DNA from: Candidatus Daviesbacteria bacterium
GTDB lineage: Bacteria > Patescibacteriota > Microgenomatia > Daviesbacterales > UBA10151
Reading direction: 5' to 3'
Assembly (NCBI GenBank): GCA_030699125.1
Contig: JAUYKM010000011.1
Coordinates: forward strand, 36,937 to 100,936
DNA: 64,000 nucleotides
Position numbers and translations under genes: made by a program. How positions within the stretch are numbered: position 1 is the stretch's first letter; every line of letters starts with the position of its first letter. This document shows, one piece after another, positions 1-8,615 of this stretch. Below the pieces are notes generated by a model. That model did not search any database and was not told the DNA's origin. It worked only from the letters and a program-made list of their open reading frames with translations.

Positions 1-831
1 GGTACTACACCCACAACTGTGGCTTTGGATTTGGCCCTAAATTATATAAAGGAGGATGATTTTGCTGTTTGGTCAGAATTAACAGGACACCTAGCTCAAC
101 TAGATTCACTTTTATCTTATGAAAGCTTTTATGAAAACTTTAGAACTTTTGGCAGAAAAATTTATGTTGGGATTTCGACTAAGATGGATTGGGAAAAAAG
201 GAGTGGAGAAAAACATACTGATGGGCTTTTGCGCGGCATGGTTTTAAATATGTTGGGGAGCTTTGGGGATCAGAAAACTATTAAGAAAGCAAAACTTCTG
301 TTTGGGAAAAAAGTAGATCCTGATATTCGTGGAGTAGTTTACAATCTGGTGGCAGAAAATGGGGGACAATCTGAGTGGAATAATCTGGTTAAGATGTATA
401 AAGATGAAGAAAATCAGCAGGAAAAGGATAGATTAGGCAGAAGCTTAGGTAAATTTAAGAGTAAAACTTTGCTGAAAAAAACTTTAGAGTTTGCAATTTC
501 CAAACATGTCAGGTTTCAAAATACCTTGGGGATTATTTCTTCTGTTTGGGGAAATCCTGAAGGTAGATATTTGGCCTGGGAATTTGTTAAAAAGAATTGG
601 CAGTTATTAAAAGAAAGATATGCCGGCGGGCACTACTTCACCAGAGTTTTTGGTCCGGCAGGGGAGTTTACAAAGAATTCGGATGCAAGAGATATAGAAG
701 AGTTTGTTAAGAAAAACCCGGTCCCGGAGGCCAAAAGAACCATAGCCCAAGCCTTAGAGCAGATTTTTTCAAATGTGGAATGGTTAAAAAGGGATAAAGA
801 AGGAATTAAGAGATTTCTTCAGAAGATCTAG
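1..831 (+). CDS. pepN: Aminopeptidase N (M1 family) C-terminal ERAP1-like domain; 5'-partial, continues upstream of window
   Basis: Frame is open from nt 1. The helical C-terminal region resembles M1 aminopeptidase C-domains. Confidence 0.55.
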   Translation, partial: GTTPTTVALDLALNYIKEDDFAVWSELTGHLAQLDSLLSYESFYENFRTFGRKIYVGISTKMDWEKRSGEKHTDGLLRGMVLNMLGSFGDQKTIKKAKLLFGKKVDPDIRGVVYNLVAENGGQSEWNNLVKMYKDEENQQEKDRLGRSLGKFKSKTLLKKTLEFAISKHVRFQNTLGIISSVWGNPEGRYLAWEFVKKNWQLLKERYAGGHYFTRVFGPAGEFTKNSDARDIEEFVKKNPVPEAKRTIAQALEQIFSNVEWLKRDKEGIKRFLQKI

Positions 832-846
832 TTTAATAAATCTCCC

Positions 847-1206
847 TCAGAGAGAGGATGTGGGAAACATAAGCTTAACTAAGAAATATCCTACAATAAA
901 AGCCCCAACTAATTGTAAAAGTACGGTAATTCTGTATGCATTAATGCCTTCTACTTCATTTTTTGTCATTGAGTAAGTAAGTTTTTCTGCAACTTTCGGA
1001 GGTATTAAAGATAGCAGGAATATAAGCACTAAACCCACAACTAAGAAAATACCAATAATTGGACCAGAGATTCCCCCACCCATTAAAGCACTAAAGCCAC
1101 CAATTAATACAGCCATAATACCAAAAGGAGCTATAAATGCTAATAGTATACTACCAAGAATACTGCATCCAATGATGGTAAACCAGTATTTCACTTTATT
1201 AGACAT
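847..1206 (-). CDS. Small polytopic membrane protein (hypothetical)
   Basis: 119 aa, 3-4 predicted hydrophobic helices, Gly-rich. Confidence 0.4.
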   Translation of the reverse strand: MSNKVKYWFTIIGCSILGSILLAFIAPFGIMAVLIGGFSALMGGGISGPIIGIFLVVGLVLIFLLSLIPPKVAEKLTYSMTKNEVEGINAYRITVLLQLVGAFIVGYFLVKLMFPTSSL

Positions 1207-1221
1207 AATATGACTTTATCA

Positions 1222-1378
1222 TACAGTTATGCTAAAATCTATAAAATATAGCTATTCCGATCCCGGATCGGAAGATATCGCACAACAGGTAATTCTATGA
1301 TAAAATCTGCCAATGGCTTTGAATGTAAATGAGTTAAGAAGCCTCATAATATACCCCTTTAGTAGTGCCTCTTTTTTT
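1222..1378 (+). pseudogene. Diverged duplicate of the efp promoter (TGCTAAAAT + hairpin) and first ~10 codons of efp (MALNVNELR...), terminating after 24 codons
   Basis: nt 1228-1340 align with nt 3398-3500, the true efp promoter and start. Confidence 0.6.
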
Positions 1379-1546
1379 GATTAAACCAGCATCAGTAAGT
1401 TTTTTGATATGATATCGAAGCGTTCGATCCTTTATACCTAAAAATTTTCTTCTAAGCTCTCGCGAACTTATAATTTTATGTTCTCTTATAACTTCCAAAA
1501 TGGCTGCTTGTTTTATAAATAGGGAATCCTCTAAAGACATTACCAT
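1334..1546 (-). CDS. Small winged-helix (MarR/ArsR-like) DNA-binding protein
   Basis: 70 aa with a wHTH-like pattern (SSRELRRKFLGIKDRTLRYHIKKLTDAGLI). Confidence 0.45.
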   Translation of the reverse strand: MVMSLEDSLFIKQAAILEVIREHKIISSRELRRKFLGIKDRTLRYHIKKLTDAGLIKKRGTTKGVYYEAS

Positions 1547-1598
1547 ATATTACCAGATATTACCTAATATTGCCTAATATTGCCAGATATAGAATAAA

Positions 1599-1994
1599 TT
1601 AGGTTAACTCCAGGAGACCTTTTTTAAAATCTAAAGTCAGTTTAAAATGTTTAAGAAAAGATAAACCTAAAAGTCCATCAGCAGGTGTTTCGGGCGGAAG
1701 GTCTTTAACAATAGCCTCCACATTTTTAACTTTCTTTCCTAAAATTCTCATTTCAGGAATAATAATTTTTGATATTGTTTCCACGGTTGAAACAGAAGTT
1801 AGTCTTACAGTATTTTTAGGATCAATAGGTATACCAATTCTAGAAACTAAATCATAGGGGAGTGCAACATAGCTTGCTCCAGTATCTAATATAAGTTTTG
1901 CAGCTGTTGGGAAAGTGGCCTTTATATCTGCAGTGACAATTATAGAAAGAGATTGAGGATTAAATTTTAGCTGGGACATAAAAGAGGAATGCAC
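1599..1994 (-). CDS. Retropepsin-like (clan AA) aspartic protease domain protein
   Basis: LILDTGASYVALP catalytic motif plus GLLGLSFLKHF, typical of bacterial retropepsin-like/TIGR02281 proteins. Confidence 0.7.
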   Translation of the reverse strand: MHSSFMSQLKFNPQSLSIIVTADIKATFPTAAKLILDTGASYVALPYDLVSRIGIPIDPKNTVRLTSVSTVETISKIIIPEMRILGKKVKNVEAIVKDLPPETPADGLLGLSFLKHFKLTLDFKKGLLELT

Positions 1995-2190
1995 CCTTTA
2001 CCTCGCCAGTATATATAGTGGCTATGTGTGTTCCCTTAGGAAGAGTAGGAATCCTCTTATAAAGTTCATAACGATTTTTACTCGCCATAATAGGTTTTAC
2101 ATCTACTAGCTGATTTAGCTTATCCTGTTTTAAAACTTCGGCCAAAACCCAAGTGTTTTTATATTTTTTATTCACTTCGGAGATTTTCAT
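1960..2190 (-). CDS. Hypothetical 76-aa ORF immediately upstream of, and overlapping by 35 nt in the +1 frame, the retropepsin-like ORF
   Basis: The +1 overlap contains U-UUU-U and A-AAA-U runs. It may be the N-terminal part of a frameshifted protease gene. Confidence 0.3.
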   Translation of the reverse strand: MKISEVNKKYKNTWVLAEVLKQDKLNQLVDVKPIMASKNRYELYKRIPTLPKGTHIATIYTGEVKGAFLFYVPAKI

Positions 2191-2212
2191 AATTTCATTA
2201 TAGCACAGAAAA

Positions 2213-2270
2213 ATTCATTCAAATGTGGAATGGTTAAGAAGAGATAAAGAGAGAATTAAATCCTCCTTGA
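2213..2270 (+). pseudogene. Diverged ~58-bp duplicate of the pepN 3' end
   Basis: nt 2213-2270 (ttcaaatgtggaatggttaagaagagataaagagagaattaa) align with nt 776-830. Confidence 0.55.
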
Positions 2271-2303
2271 CAAAGTAGTACCAAATATAGTACCATTTAT
2301 GTA

Positions 2304-2537
2304 GTGACTAAGCGAGAGAAAAGAGTTAGAAAGCTCTTTCAAAATCCAAAAACAGTTCCTTTTAAAGAATTGGATAGAGTTTTAAAAGATGCTGGTTTTA
2401 AAATGAGACAGCCTGGGTCTGGCAGCAGTCACTCTGTTTATACAAAAGGAGAAATTCAAATCTCGGTGCCTTTCAGAAGGCCTTTTGTAAAAGAAGTGTA
2501 TGTTAAAAGAGTTTTGGAATTATTAGGAGAAGAATGA
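2304..2537 (+). CDS. hicA: HicA toxin (mRNA interferase, YcfA-like)
   Basis: 77-aa basic protein with HicA-like SH3/dsRBD pattern (GSGSSHSVYTKG); overlaps the hicB start. Confidence 0.75.
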   Translation: MTKREKRVRKLFQNPKTVPFKELDRVLKDAGFKMRQPGSGSSHSVYTKGEIQISVPFRRPFVKEVYVKRVLELLGEE

Positions 2538-2884
2538 GAAATAAGAATCTTAAATATTATCTCAATTTAGATTACACTATCCGCCTTAAACAAAACGTGG
2601 ATGGAAGTTATTTTGTGGAAATTGAAGAATTACCTGGTTGTATGAGTGAAGGTGATACAAAGATGGATGCTTTGAAGATGATTGAAGATGCCAAAAAAGC
2701 TTGGTTGGAAGTTGCGTTAGCAAGAAAAATAAATATTCCTGAACCGGAAAAAGATGAATTTAGTGGTAAATTAAATGTTAGAATGCCCAAATTCTTGCAT
2801 AGAAAATTGTCATATAAATCAAAACAGGAAGGGGTTAGTTTAAATACCTTAATTTCTACTACTCTAGCTTCCACAATCAGGTAA
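2534..2884 (+). CDS. hicB: HicB antitoxin (UPF0150 fold + C-terminal RHH-like DNA-binding tail)
   Basis: 116 aa. YFVEIEELPGCMSEGDT matches the HicB N-domain. The C-terminal KLNVRMPKFLHRKL is RHH-like. ATGA-coupled to hicA. Confidence 0.75.
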   Translation: MRNKNLKYYLNLDYTIRLKQNVDGSYFVEIEELPGCMSEGDTKMDALKMIEDAKKAWLEVALARKINIPEPEKDEFSGKLNVRMPKFLHRKLSYKSKQEGVSLNTLISTTLASTIR

Positions 2885-2973
2885 AATTCCTAGGTACGAA
2901 CCGTGTGATACATATCCTAGGTGCCTGCCTAATCCACCCCCCAGGTGTACTTCGGACATTGGCAGAATCTACG

Positions 2974-2997
2974 TTTCCACATTCGAAGTGGGAAGCT
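2974..2997. repeat. Family-A palindromic element (TTCCACATTCGAAGTGGGAAGCT), intergenic copy
   Basis: Shares CTACGTTyCCAC...TGGGAAGCT with the copies at 35372, 38300 and 41119. Confidence 0.6.
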
Positions 2998-3048
2998 AAA
3001 TTATAAAGGTGGGGATAGGGAAAAGATTAGAAAATTTTTTTCAGAATT

Positions 3049-3309
3049 TTAAGACTTAGGAGCTTCTTTTATAAAATGTTCTACTAATTGTGAGTCGCCT
3101 TCAAGAAATGTTACAAACAAAGGGGTAGGCATTTGTAGGACTATCTCTCCTTTAGAGTTTTGTAGAACCACTTCAAGATCAGCTGCTGATATTATCTTTA
3201 ATCCTCTCCGAAGAGATAAAGATTGTCTAGTCAGATCACTTACAGATTTTTGTTCTGCCTTTGCTTCAGCTTTCAGAGCAGTTAATTCAGATGAGGATAC
3301 ATCTACCAC
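3049..3309 (-). CDS. Hypothetical 86-aa protein
   Basis: ORF only; no recognisable motif. Confidence 0.3.
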   Translation of the reverse strand: MVDVSSSELTALKAEAKAEQKSVSDLTRQSLSLRRGLKIISAADLEVVLQNSKGEIVLQMPTPLFVTFLEGDSQLVEHFIKEAPKS

Positions 3310-3397
3310 TACTCTTGGTCTATCATTTCTTTCAGACTTTTTTATATTATAGGATAAAGGGTAAAAATTGTCAAGTTTATTGTCCTAAAATCTTTTA

Positions 3398-3465
3398 TTA
3401 TGCTAAAATCTATAAATTAGATCCTTCTCCCGCCTTTGGCGGGATCAGGATGACAGGAGGGGTAT
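3398..3465 (+). promoter_or_regulatory. Putative efp promoter: extended -10 (TGCTAAAAT) followed by GC-rich hairpin CCCGCCTTTGGCGGG
   Basis: TGn+TAAAAT sits 60 nt upstream of the efp ATG. The same module is duplicated at 1228-1290. Confidence 0.45.
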
Positions 3466-4029
3466 ATGGCACTAAATGTAAATGAATTAAGAAATGGGAC
3501 GTTTTTTAAAGAAGGGAAAGATATTTTTTTGGTGGTTACTTATGAACATATGAAAACTGGCCGGGGATCCGGCAATATTAAACTAAAGGTGAGGAATTTA
3601 AGATCCGGGGCAGTGGTGGAGAAATCCTTTATTACCGGAGCCCGGGTGGATGAAGCAAATGTAGAGAAAAAAAAGGCCCAGTTTTTATACCGGGATGGAG
3701 ACATTTTTAATTTTATGGATCCTGTCAGTTTTGAGCAGTTTTCAATTTCTGCCAATGTAGTAGGTGATCAGGCCAAATATTTAAAAGACGGGTTGGAGGT
3801 AACTTTGATTGTTTCTGAGGATGAGGCCTTGGGAATAGAACTTCCTTTAAGTCTGGTATATGAAATCTCGGAAACAGGCCCAGGTGAGCGGGGAAATACT
3901 ATTTCTAATGTTTTTAAAGAAGCAACACTGGATAATGGATTGGTTGTAAAAGTCCCTATGTTTATTGGTGTTGGAGAACATGTTAAGATTGATATCAGGT
4001 CAGGAGAATATGTGGAGAGAGTAAAATGA
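3466..4029 (+). CDS. efp: Elongation factor P
   Basis: 187 aa with full-length EF-P architecture and motifs (KTGRGSGNIKLKVRNLRSG, OB folds). Confidence 0.9.
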   Translation: MALNVNELRNGTFFKEGKDIFLVVTYEHMKTGRGSGNIKLKVRNLRSGAVVEKSFITGARVDEANVEKKKAQFLYRDGDIFNFMDPVSFEQFSISANVVGDQAKYLKDGLEVTLIVSEDEALGIELPLSLVYEISETGPGERGNTISNVFKEATLDNGLVVKVPMFIGVGEHVKIDIRSGEYVERVK

Positions 4030-4913
4030 CAAAAAAGATAACTAAAGCTTTAATACCTGCTGCCGGGTTTGGAACCAGGTTTTTACCCCAAACCAAGGCC
4101 ATGCCTAAGGAGATGTTGCCCATTGTAGATAAGCCAGTCATCCAATATGTGGTGGAGGAGGTGGTAGCCTCCGGAATAGATAACATAATTATTGTCACAG
4201 GAGCCACCAAGAGAGCGATTGAGGATCACTTTGATGAACCTAACGAGGATTTGGTACAAAATTTGGTCAATGGTAAAAAAGAAGAACTCCTAAAGCAAAT
4301 CAAACATATTTCTGATATGGCCAATTTTATTTATGTCAGACAAAAAGGTCCTTACGGCAATGGTACCCCTGTTTTGGCAGGAGAACCTGTTATTGAGGAT
4401 GAACCATTTGCCGTAATCTGGGGAGATGAGTTTATTCTGGCAGATCCACCAAGGTTAAAACAGATGATTGATGTGTATGAAAAATACGGCGGGATGATAA
4501 TATCCGGTGTAAAAATAGAAAAAAAAGAAGATTTAAAAAGATATGGTATTGCTGATTTGGAGAGCGTTGAGGGAAATGTTTTTAAGATTAAAAAGATTGT
4601 GGAGAAACCTGATCCGGAGCATGCTCCATCAGACATTGCCACTCATGGCGCCTATATTTTGCCTCCGGAAATCTTTGGGGCTCTTAAGAGTTTAACTCCA
4701 ACTCAGGGTGGAGAAATTTGGCTTACAGATGCCATTAACAAGCTTAAAGAAGAAGGCGTTCCTCTTTATACAGTGGTAATTGAAAATGGCAAATATTATG
4801 ATACCGGTAATAAGTTAGAATATATGAAAACTGTGGCTGAGCTGGCTTTACAACACCCTGAAGTGGGAGAAGAATTTAAAGCATACCTCAAAGAATTAGT
4901 GGGCAAATCTTAA
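4026..4913 (+). CDS. galU: UTP--glucose-1-phosphate uridylyltransferase
   Basis: N-terminal [34 protein letters not shown] signature. ATGA-coupled to efp. Confidence 0.9.
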   Translation: [295 protein letters not shown]

Positions 4914-5336
4914 AGCAAAAACAACTCCTCCCACTGTAGCTGCCTGGGTTAAAATCCCCCAGGGAAGTCGTGCTTTTCCGTTGATTTCGTGCTGAATTTT
5001 ATAGAAGATGTAGAAGGGGAATTTCCAGCCCCAAAGAAGGTAGGGCATCTGTAGGATATCCCAAACCTCAGATAAAAATATGGCAAAAAGCAAATATGTT
5101 AAATCAGTGACCTTTCCGAATATCAGCAAAGTGACAGCCACCCCAAAGACAAGATCAAAGATTGACTGAGTAAAAAGTAATGCTTTGGATTTTTTCCTCC
5201 AACCCCAGCCAAAATCCCAGTGAGGAATCATATCTAAAAGGGGGTGGGAGGCTGCTGCCAGGGGTAAACCAATGGCGGGATTAGAAATGGAGGCAGCGAT
5301 TGCTCCTCCTACTAATGCATGTGCTGTTGCGGTCAT
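4896..5336 (-). CDS. Hypothetical integral membrane protein
   Basis: 146 aa, multiple hydrophobic helices, Trp-rich. Confidence 0.4.
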   Translation of the reverse strand: MTATAHALVGGAIAASISNPAIGLPLAAASHPLLDMIPHWDFGWGWRKKSKALLFTQSIFDLVFGVAVTLLIFGKVTDLTYLLFAIFLSEVWDILQMPYLLWGWKFPFYIFYKIQHEINGKARLPWGILTQAATVGGVVFALRFAH

Positions 5337-5385
5337 AAATTGGGCCCACTATTCAGTATAGCAGATTGTGTCAATTATTTATTAT

Positions 5386-7341
5386 TTATTGGCTAGTTAC
5401 TTTGACAGTAGCTGATGATTGGTTATTGGAGGGATCATAAGCTTTGGCAGTTATGGTATAAGTTGTTCCGGCTTTACCTGATACTTTCCAGTTACAGGTA
5501 TAAGGAGAGGTGGTATCGCTACATTTAGGTTTACTGCCACTACCAATGTAAAACTCCACCTTGGATACTTTGACATTATCAGCTGCATTTACTTGGATAT
5601 TAATGGTTGAGTTTCTTTGGACGATACTTCCATCAGATAGATTAGTTATGGATACTGTGGGAGGAGTGGTATCAGAGGAGATTGGAGCAGGAGTTGAAGT
5701 TGGAACTGGAGTTGGAGTGGGAGTAGAAACTGGATTATTAACTATCACAGTTACAGCAGTAGAGTTACCTGTATTATTAGCCAAATCATATGCTTTAGCT
5801 GATAAATTATGTGATGAACCATTAACTAAAACTGTAGTATCCCAGGATGCAACATAGGGTGAGGAAATATCAGAACCAAGTAATACTCCATCCACATAAA
5901 ACTCTACTTTAGTAACCCCCACATTATCTGAAGCATCCACATTGATATCTACCGGTTCTGAAACTGTTGATCCTGAAGATGGTGCAGTAATAGAAACAGT
6001 GGGAGCAGTTGTATCCGGTGGAGGAGCAGTAGAACCTGTGGCTTTTTGCAATGCTTTATCTGCTTGTATTCTTCCGTAGCCTGTATATTGATCCCATCCA
6101 GCATCCTGCATATCCAAAGTGGTTGAAGTAATAATATCTACCACTTGCTGATTTGTTAAATCAGGATTGGCAGACATGATTAAACCTGCCAAACCTGCCA
6201 CGAAAGGTGAGGCAAAAGAAGTACCAGACACATAAGCATAAGTACCTGTGGCAGTAGTTGAACGAACTCCTACCCCAGGAGCCATCATATCAAGTCCTTC
6301 ACCATAATTAGAACCACTCCACCTATTATCATTTTGATCTGTAGCTCCCACTGCAATCACCACAGGTTCTGCTGCAGGATATAAAATTGGGCTGGTATTA
6401 TAATTCCCGGCAGACGCTGCTAATATTAAACCTTTATTCCAGGCATAAGTTATGGCATTTTTCAAAGTAAAATCTGAGCCTGATCCACCTAAACTCATAT
6501 TAATCACTTTTGCCCTATGATCAGTAGCATAAATAACTGCTTGTGCCACATTATAATAACTACCAGAAAGAGTGGAATCATCTAAGACCTTTAAAGGTAG
6601 AATAGGACAAAGAGGGCAGACACTGGCTATGCCTACCCCATTATTAGTTAAAGCTCCTATAATACCACTGACATTGTTACTATGCCCGCTAGTTCCAGCT
6701 ACATCTGTAGTGTTTGTTAAAAAGTTAAATCTAGGTAAAATTTTACCTTCTAGATCTGGATGAGGAGCTATACCAGTATCTAATACTGCTACTATGGTAG
6801 TAGATGAACCTTTTGAAATATCATAAGCAGCTGGTAAGCCGATTTTATTTACAGCCCATTGTCTGTTAGCTGTATATTCAGGATCATTGGGAACTTCTTG
6901 AGCAGTAATAATATAATTTGGTTCAGCAAACTCCACTCTAGGGTTTTTGTTTAGAGCTTCCAGCACTTTCCCTTTTTTATCTTCAGGAACTTTAAATCTT
7001 TCTACTCCAAGTTGTTCAATCTCATCAAGTTTAGAAAGTCCATGTTCATTCTTGACATTATCTTTAGCTTTATCTGGAACTCCAGCTTTGAATTTAATTA
7101 ATATCTCATCAGCTATAGATTCTACCCCTTGTGCTTTGGAGGAGGGTTTGGGATAAAGGAAATTAAATACGCCGTTGTTAAAAGGAAAAGTTTGAGAGAT
7201 TATCAAATAGGCAATTACCCCAACAGATGCCAGCAGTATTAAAATAACAGGTGCTAAGCCTTTTTGATTGGACATTAATCCTGCTCTTAATTTAGTAGAA
7301 CATATAAAAAAATTCCCGTCAAGGGGTAGGTGATTTGCCAA
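5386..7341 (-). CDS. Secreted subtilisin-like serine protease (S8) with N-terminal I9 propeptide and two C-terminal Ig-like (Big) domains separated by Pro/Thr linkers
   Basis: VAVLDTGI (Asp), GTSFASPFVAGLAGL (Ser), TM/signal N-terminus, PTPTPVPTSTP linkers, repeated V(S/T)KVEFY(V/I) domains. Confidence 0.85.
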   Translation of the reverse strand: MANHLPLDGNFFICSTKLRAGLMSNQKGLAPVILILLASVGVIAYLIISQTFPFNNGVFNFLYPKPSSKAQGVESIADEILIKFKAGVPDKAKDNVKNEHGLSKLDEIEQLGVERFKVPEDKKGKVLEALNKNPRVEFAEPNYIITAQEVPNDPEYTANRQWAVNKIGLPAAYDISKGSSTTIVAVLDTGIAPHPDLEGKILPRFNFLTNTTDVAGTSGHSNNVSGIIGALTNNGVGIASVCPLCPILPLKVLDDSTLSGSYYNVAQAVIYATDHRAKVINMSLGGSGSDFTLKNAITYAWNKGLILAASAGNYNTSPILYPAAEPVVIAVGATDQNDNRWSGSNYGEGLDMMAPGVGVRSTTATGTYAYVSGTSFASPFVAGLAGLIMSANPDLTNQQVVDIITSTTLDMQDAGWDQYTGYGRIQADKALQKATGSTAPPPDTTAPTVSITAPSSGSTVSEPVDINVDASDNVGVTKVEFYVDGVLLGSDISSPYVASWDTTVLVNGSSHNLSAKAYDLANNTGNSTAVTVIVNNPVSTPTPTPVPTSTPAPISSDTTPPTVSITNLSDGSIVQRNSTINIQVNAADNVKVSKVEFYIGSGSKPKCSDTTSPYTCNWKVSGKAGTTYTITAKAYDPSNNQSSATVKVTSQ

Positions 7342-7366
7342 AGTGCTAAAACTTTGATACCCTTTT

Positions 7367-8272
7367 GTGTGTATGATTCCGATACTTTTTTCAGTTAGTG
7401 GATTTAGCGTTTCATCCTATGGAGTTTTCTTGGCGGCCGGGTTTTTATATGGCATCTTTTTAATCTGGAGACTTGCTAGAGCCTGGGATCTGGATCAGGA
7501 AAAAGTCTTGGATCTGACACTGGTTACTTTTGTGGGAGGACTCATTGGAGCGCGGATCTATTTTGCCCTGGAAAATCCGGCTTTGCTTTCGTTACCTCAA
7601 ATATTCCTTATTCATAAATTTCCCGGTTTTTCTTTTTGGGGAGCCATTTTGGGAGGATGGCTAACACTTTTTTTATTTGCCAAAAGATTTAAATTGGAAT
7701 TTTTACAGGCTGCTGATATTGCTTCAGTTGGGCTTCTATCCGGGATGATTTTTGCGAATATGGGATGTCTTTTGGGAGGATGTAATGTGGGTATACCAAG
7801 TAATCTATTTTTTGCTTTATATATGAGCGGTGCAGTGGGAAAAAGAATTCCCGTTCAAGGAATAGAAGCATTTCTTTTAGTTTTGTCTCTGAGAAATATT
7901 TGGCATAAAGCCACCCACTTTCATCTTCAAGGAACGGTGGTCAGCTTAAGTCTGATTTATATAGGAATAATTAAATTATTAACGGAACCATTAAGAGAAA
8001 CACACAGAATGAATTATTTTTTGGCTTTAACCTTGGTGATATTGGGAATTGTATTATTCTATAAAGTTACCAAAAGACAAATAGTTAAAGATTTAGGTGA
8101 TTTTGTCCTTATGGGAGTAGAAATTATAAAAAGCGGTGAGAAAAGAAAATTAATGTTGTTTGTTTTTAAAAAGAACTGGTATAATTTTAAAGTTAGTTTA
8201 TGGTGGAGAGTAAAAAGGATAGCTAAATTACTAAGGAGGTTAAATGTTAGATTTTCCCACAAGACAAATTAG
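7367..8272 (+). CDS. lgt: Prolipoprotein diacylglyceryl transferase
   Basis: GARIYFAL and PGFSFWGAILGG align with Lgt signature GxRxxYVL / GGxSFHGGLIG. Polytopic. Confidence 0.65.
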   Translation: MCMIPILFSVSGFSVSSYGVFLAAGFLYGIFLIWRLARAWDLDQEKVLDLTLVTFVGGLIGARIYFALENPALLSLPQIFLIHKFPGFSFWGAILGGWLTLFLFAKRFKLEFLQAADIASVGLLSGMIFANMGCLLGGCNVGIPSNLFFALYMSGAVGKRIPVQGIEAFLLVLSLRNIWHKATHFHLQGTVVSLSLIYIGIIKLLTEPLRETHRMNYFLALTLVILGIVLFYKVTKRQIVKDLGDFVLMGVEIIKSGEKRKLMLFVFKKNWYNFKVSLWWRVKRIAKLLRRLNVRFSHKTN

Positions 8273-8612
8273 AGCCATCAAAAATTTATTGCTCAAACAA
8301 CAAAAAGAGGTAGAGCAAAATATTGAGGAAATAGAAAAAGATGATCCGGCTAAAGATAAGGTTTTGGCAGAATCCTCAGAACCCGGAACAGATTCTTATA
8401 TTGCGGATATCCATACAAAATCTTTAGTCATTCTGGATAGTCTAAAAAGGATTAGTCTGAGTATAAGGTCAGCTCTCTTAAAAATTAGAAAAGGCACTTA
8501 TGGAAAATGCGAGCGCTGCAGTAAACAAATAGAGGCCTTGCGCCTTTGGGCCATGCCTACTGCCCGGTATTGTTTATCCTGCTCGAAAATAAAAGAAAAG
8601 TTATCTAATTAA
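8244..8612 (+). CDS. DksA/TraR-family C4 zinc-finger protein
   Basis: C-terminal CERCSKQIE...YCLSC four-Cys finger after a coiled-coil region. Confidence 0.7.
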   Translation: MLDFPTRQIRAIKNLLLKQQKEVEQNIEEIEKDDPAKDKVLAESSEPGTDSYIADIHTKSLVILDSLKRISLSIRSALLKIRKGTYGKCERCSKQIEALRLWAMPTARYCLSCSKIKEKLSN

Positions 8613-8615
8613 TTT

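Noticed and set aside
4026-4029. Possibility of an alternative genetic code (UGA=Gly, code 25, as in Gracilibacteria/SR1)
   Set aside because: efp ends at TGA overlapping the galU ATG (ATGA). Many full-length conserved genes (tgt, gyrA, murC) terminate at TGA with expected lengths. The standard code 11 fits.
5561-7156. Plus-strand ORFs (5561-5857, 6572-6763, 6947-7156) inside the S8 protease gene, and the plus-strand ORFs inside gyrA (31681-32498)
   Set aside because: All lie antisense to long, well-supported genes. They are low-complexity or hydrophobic from codon mirroring and have no start signals. Treated as shadow ORFs.
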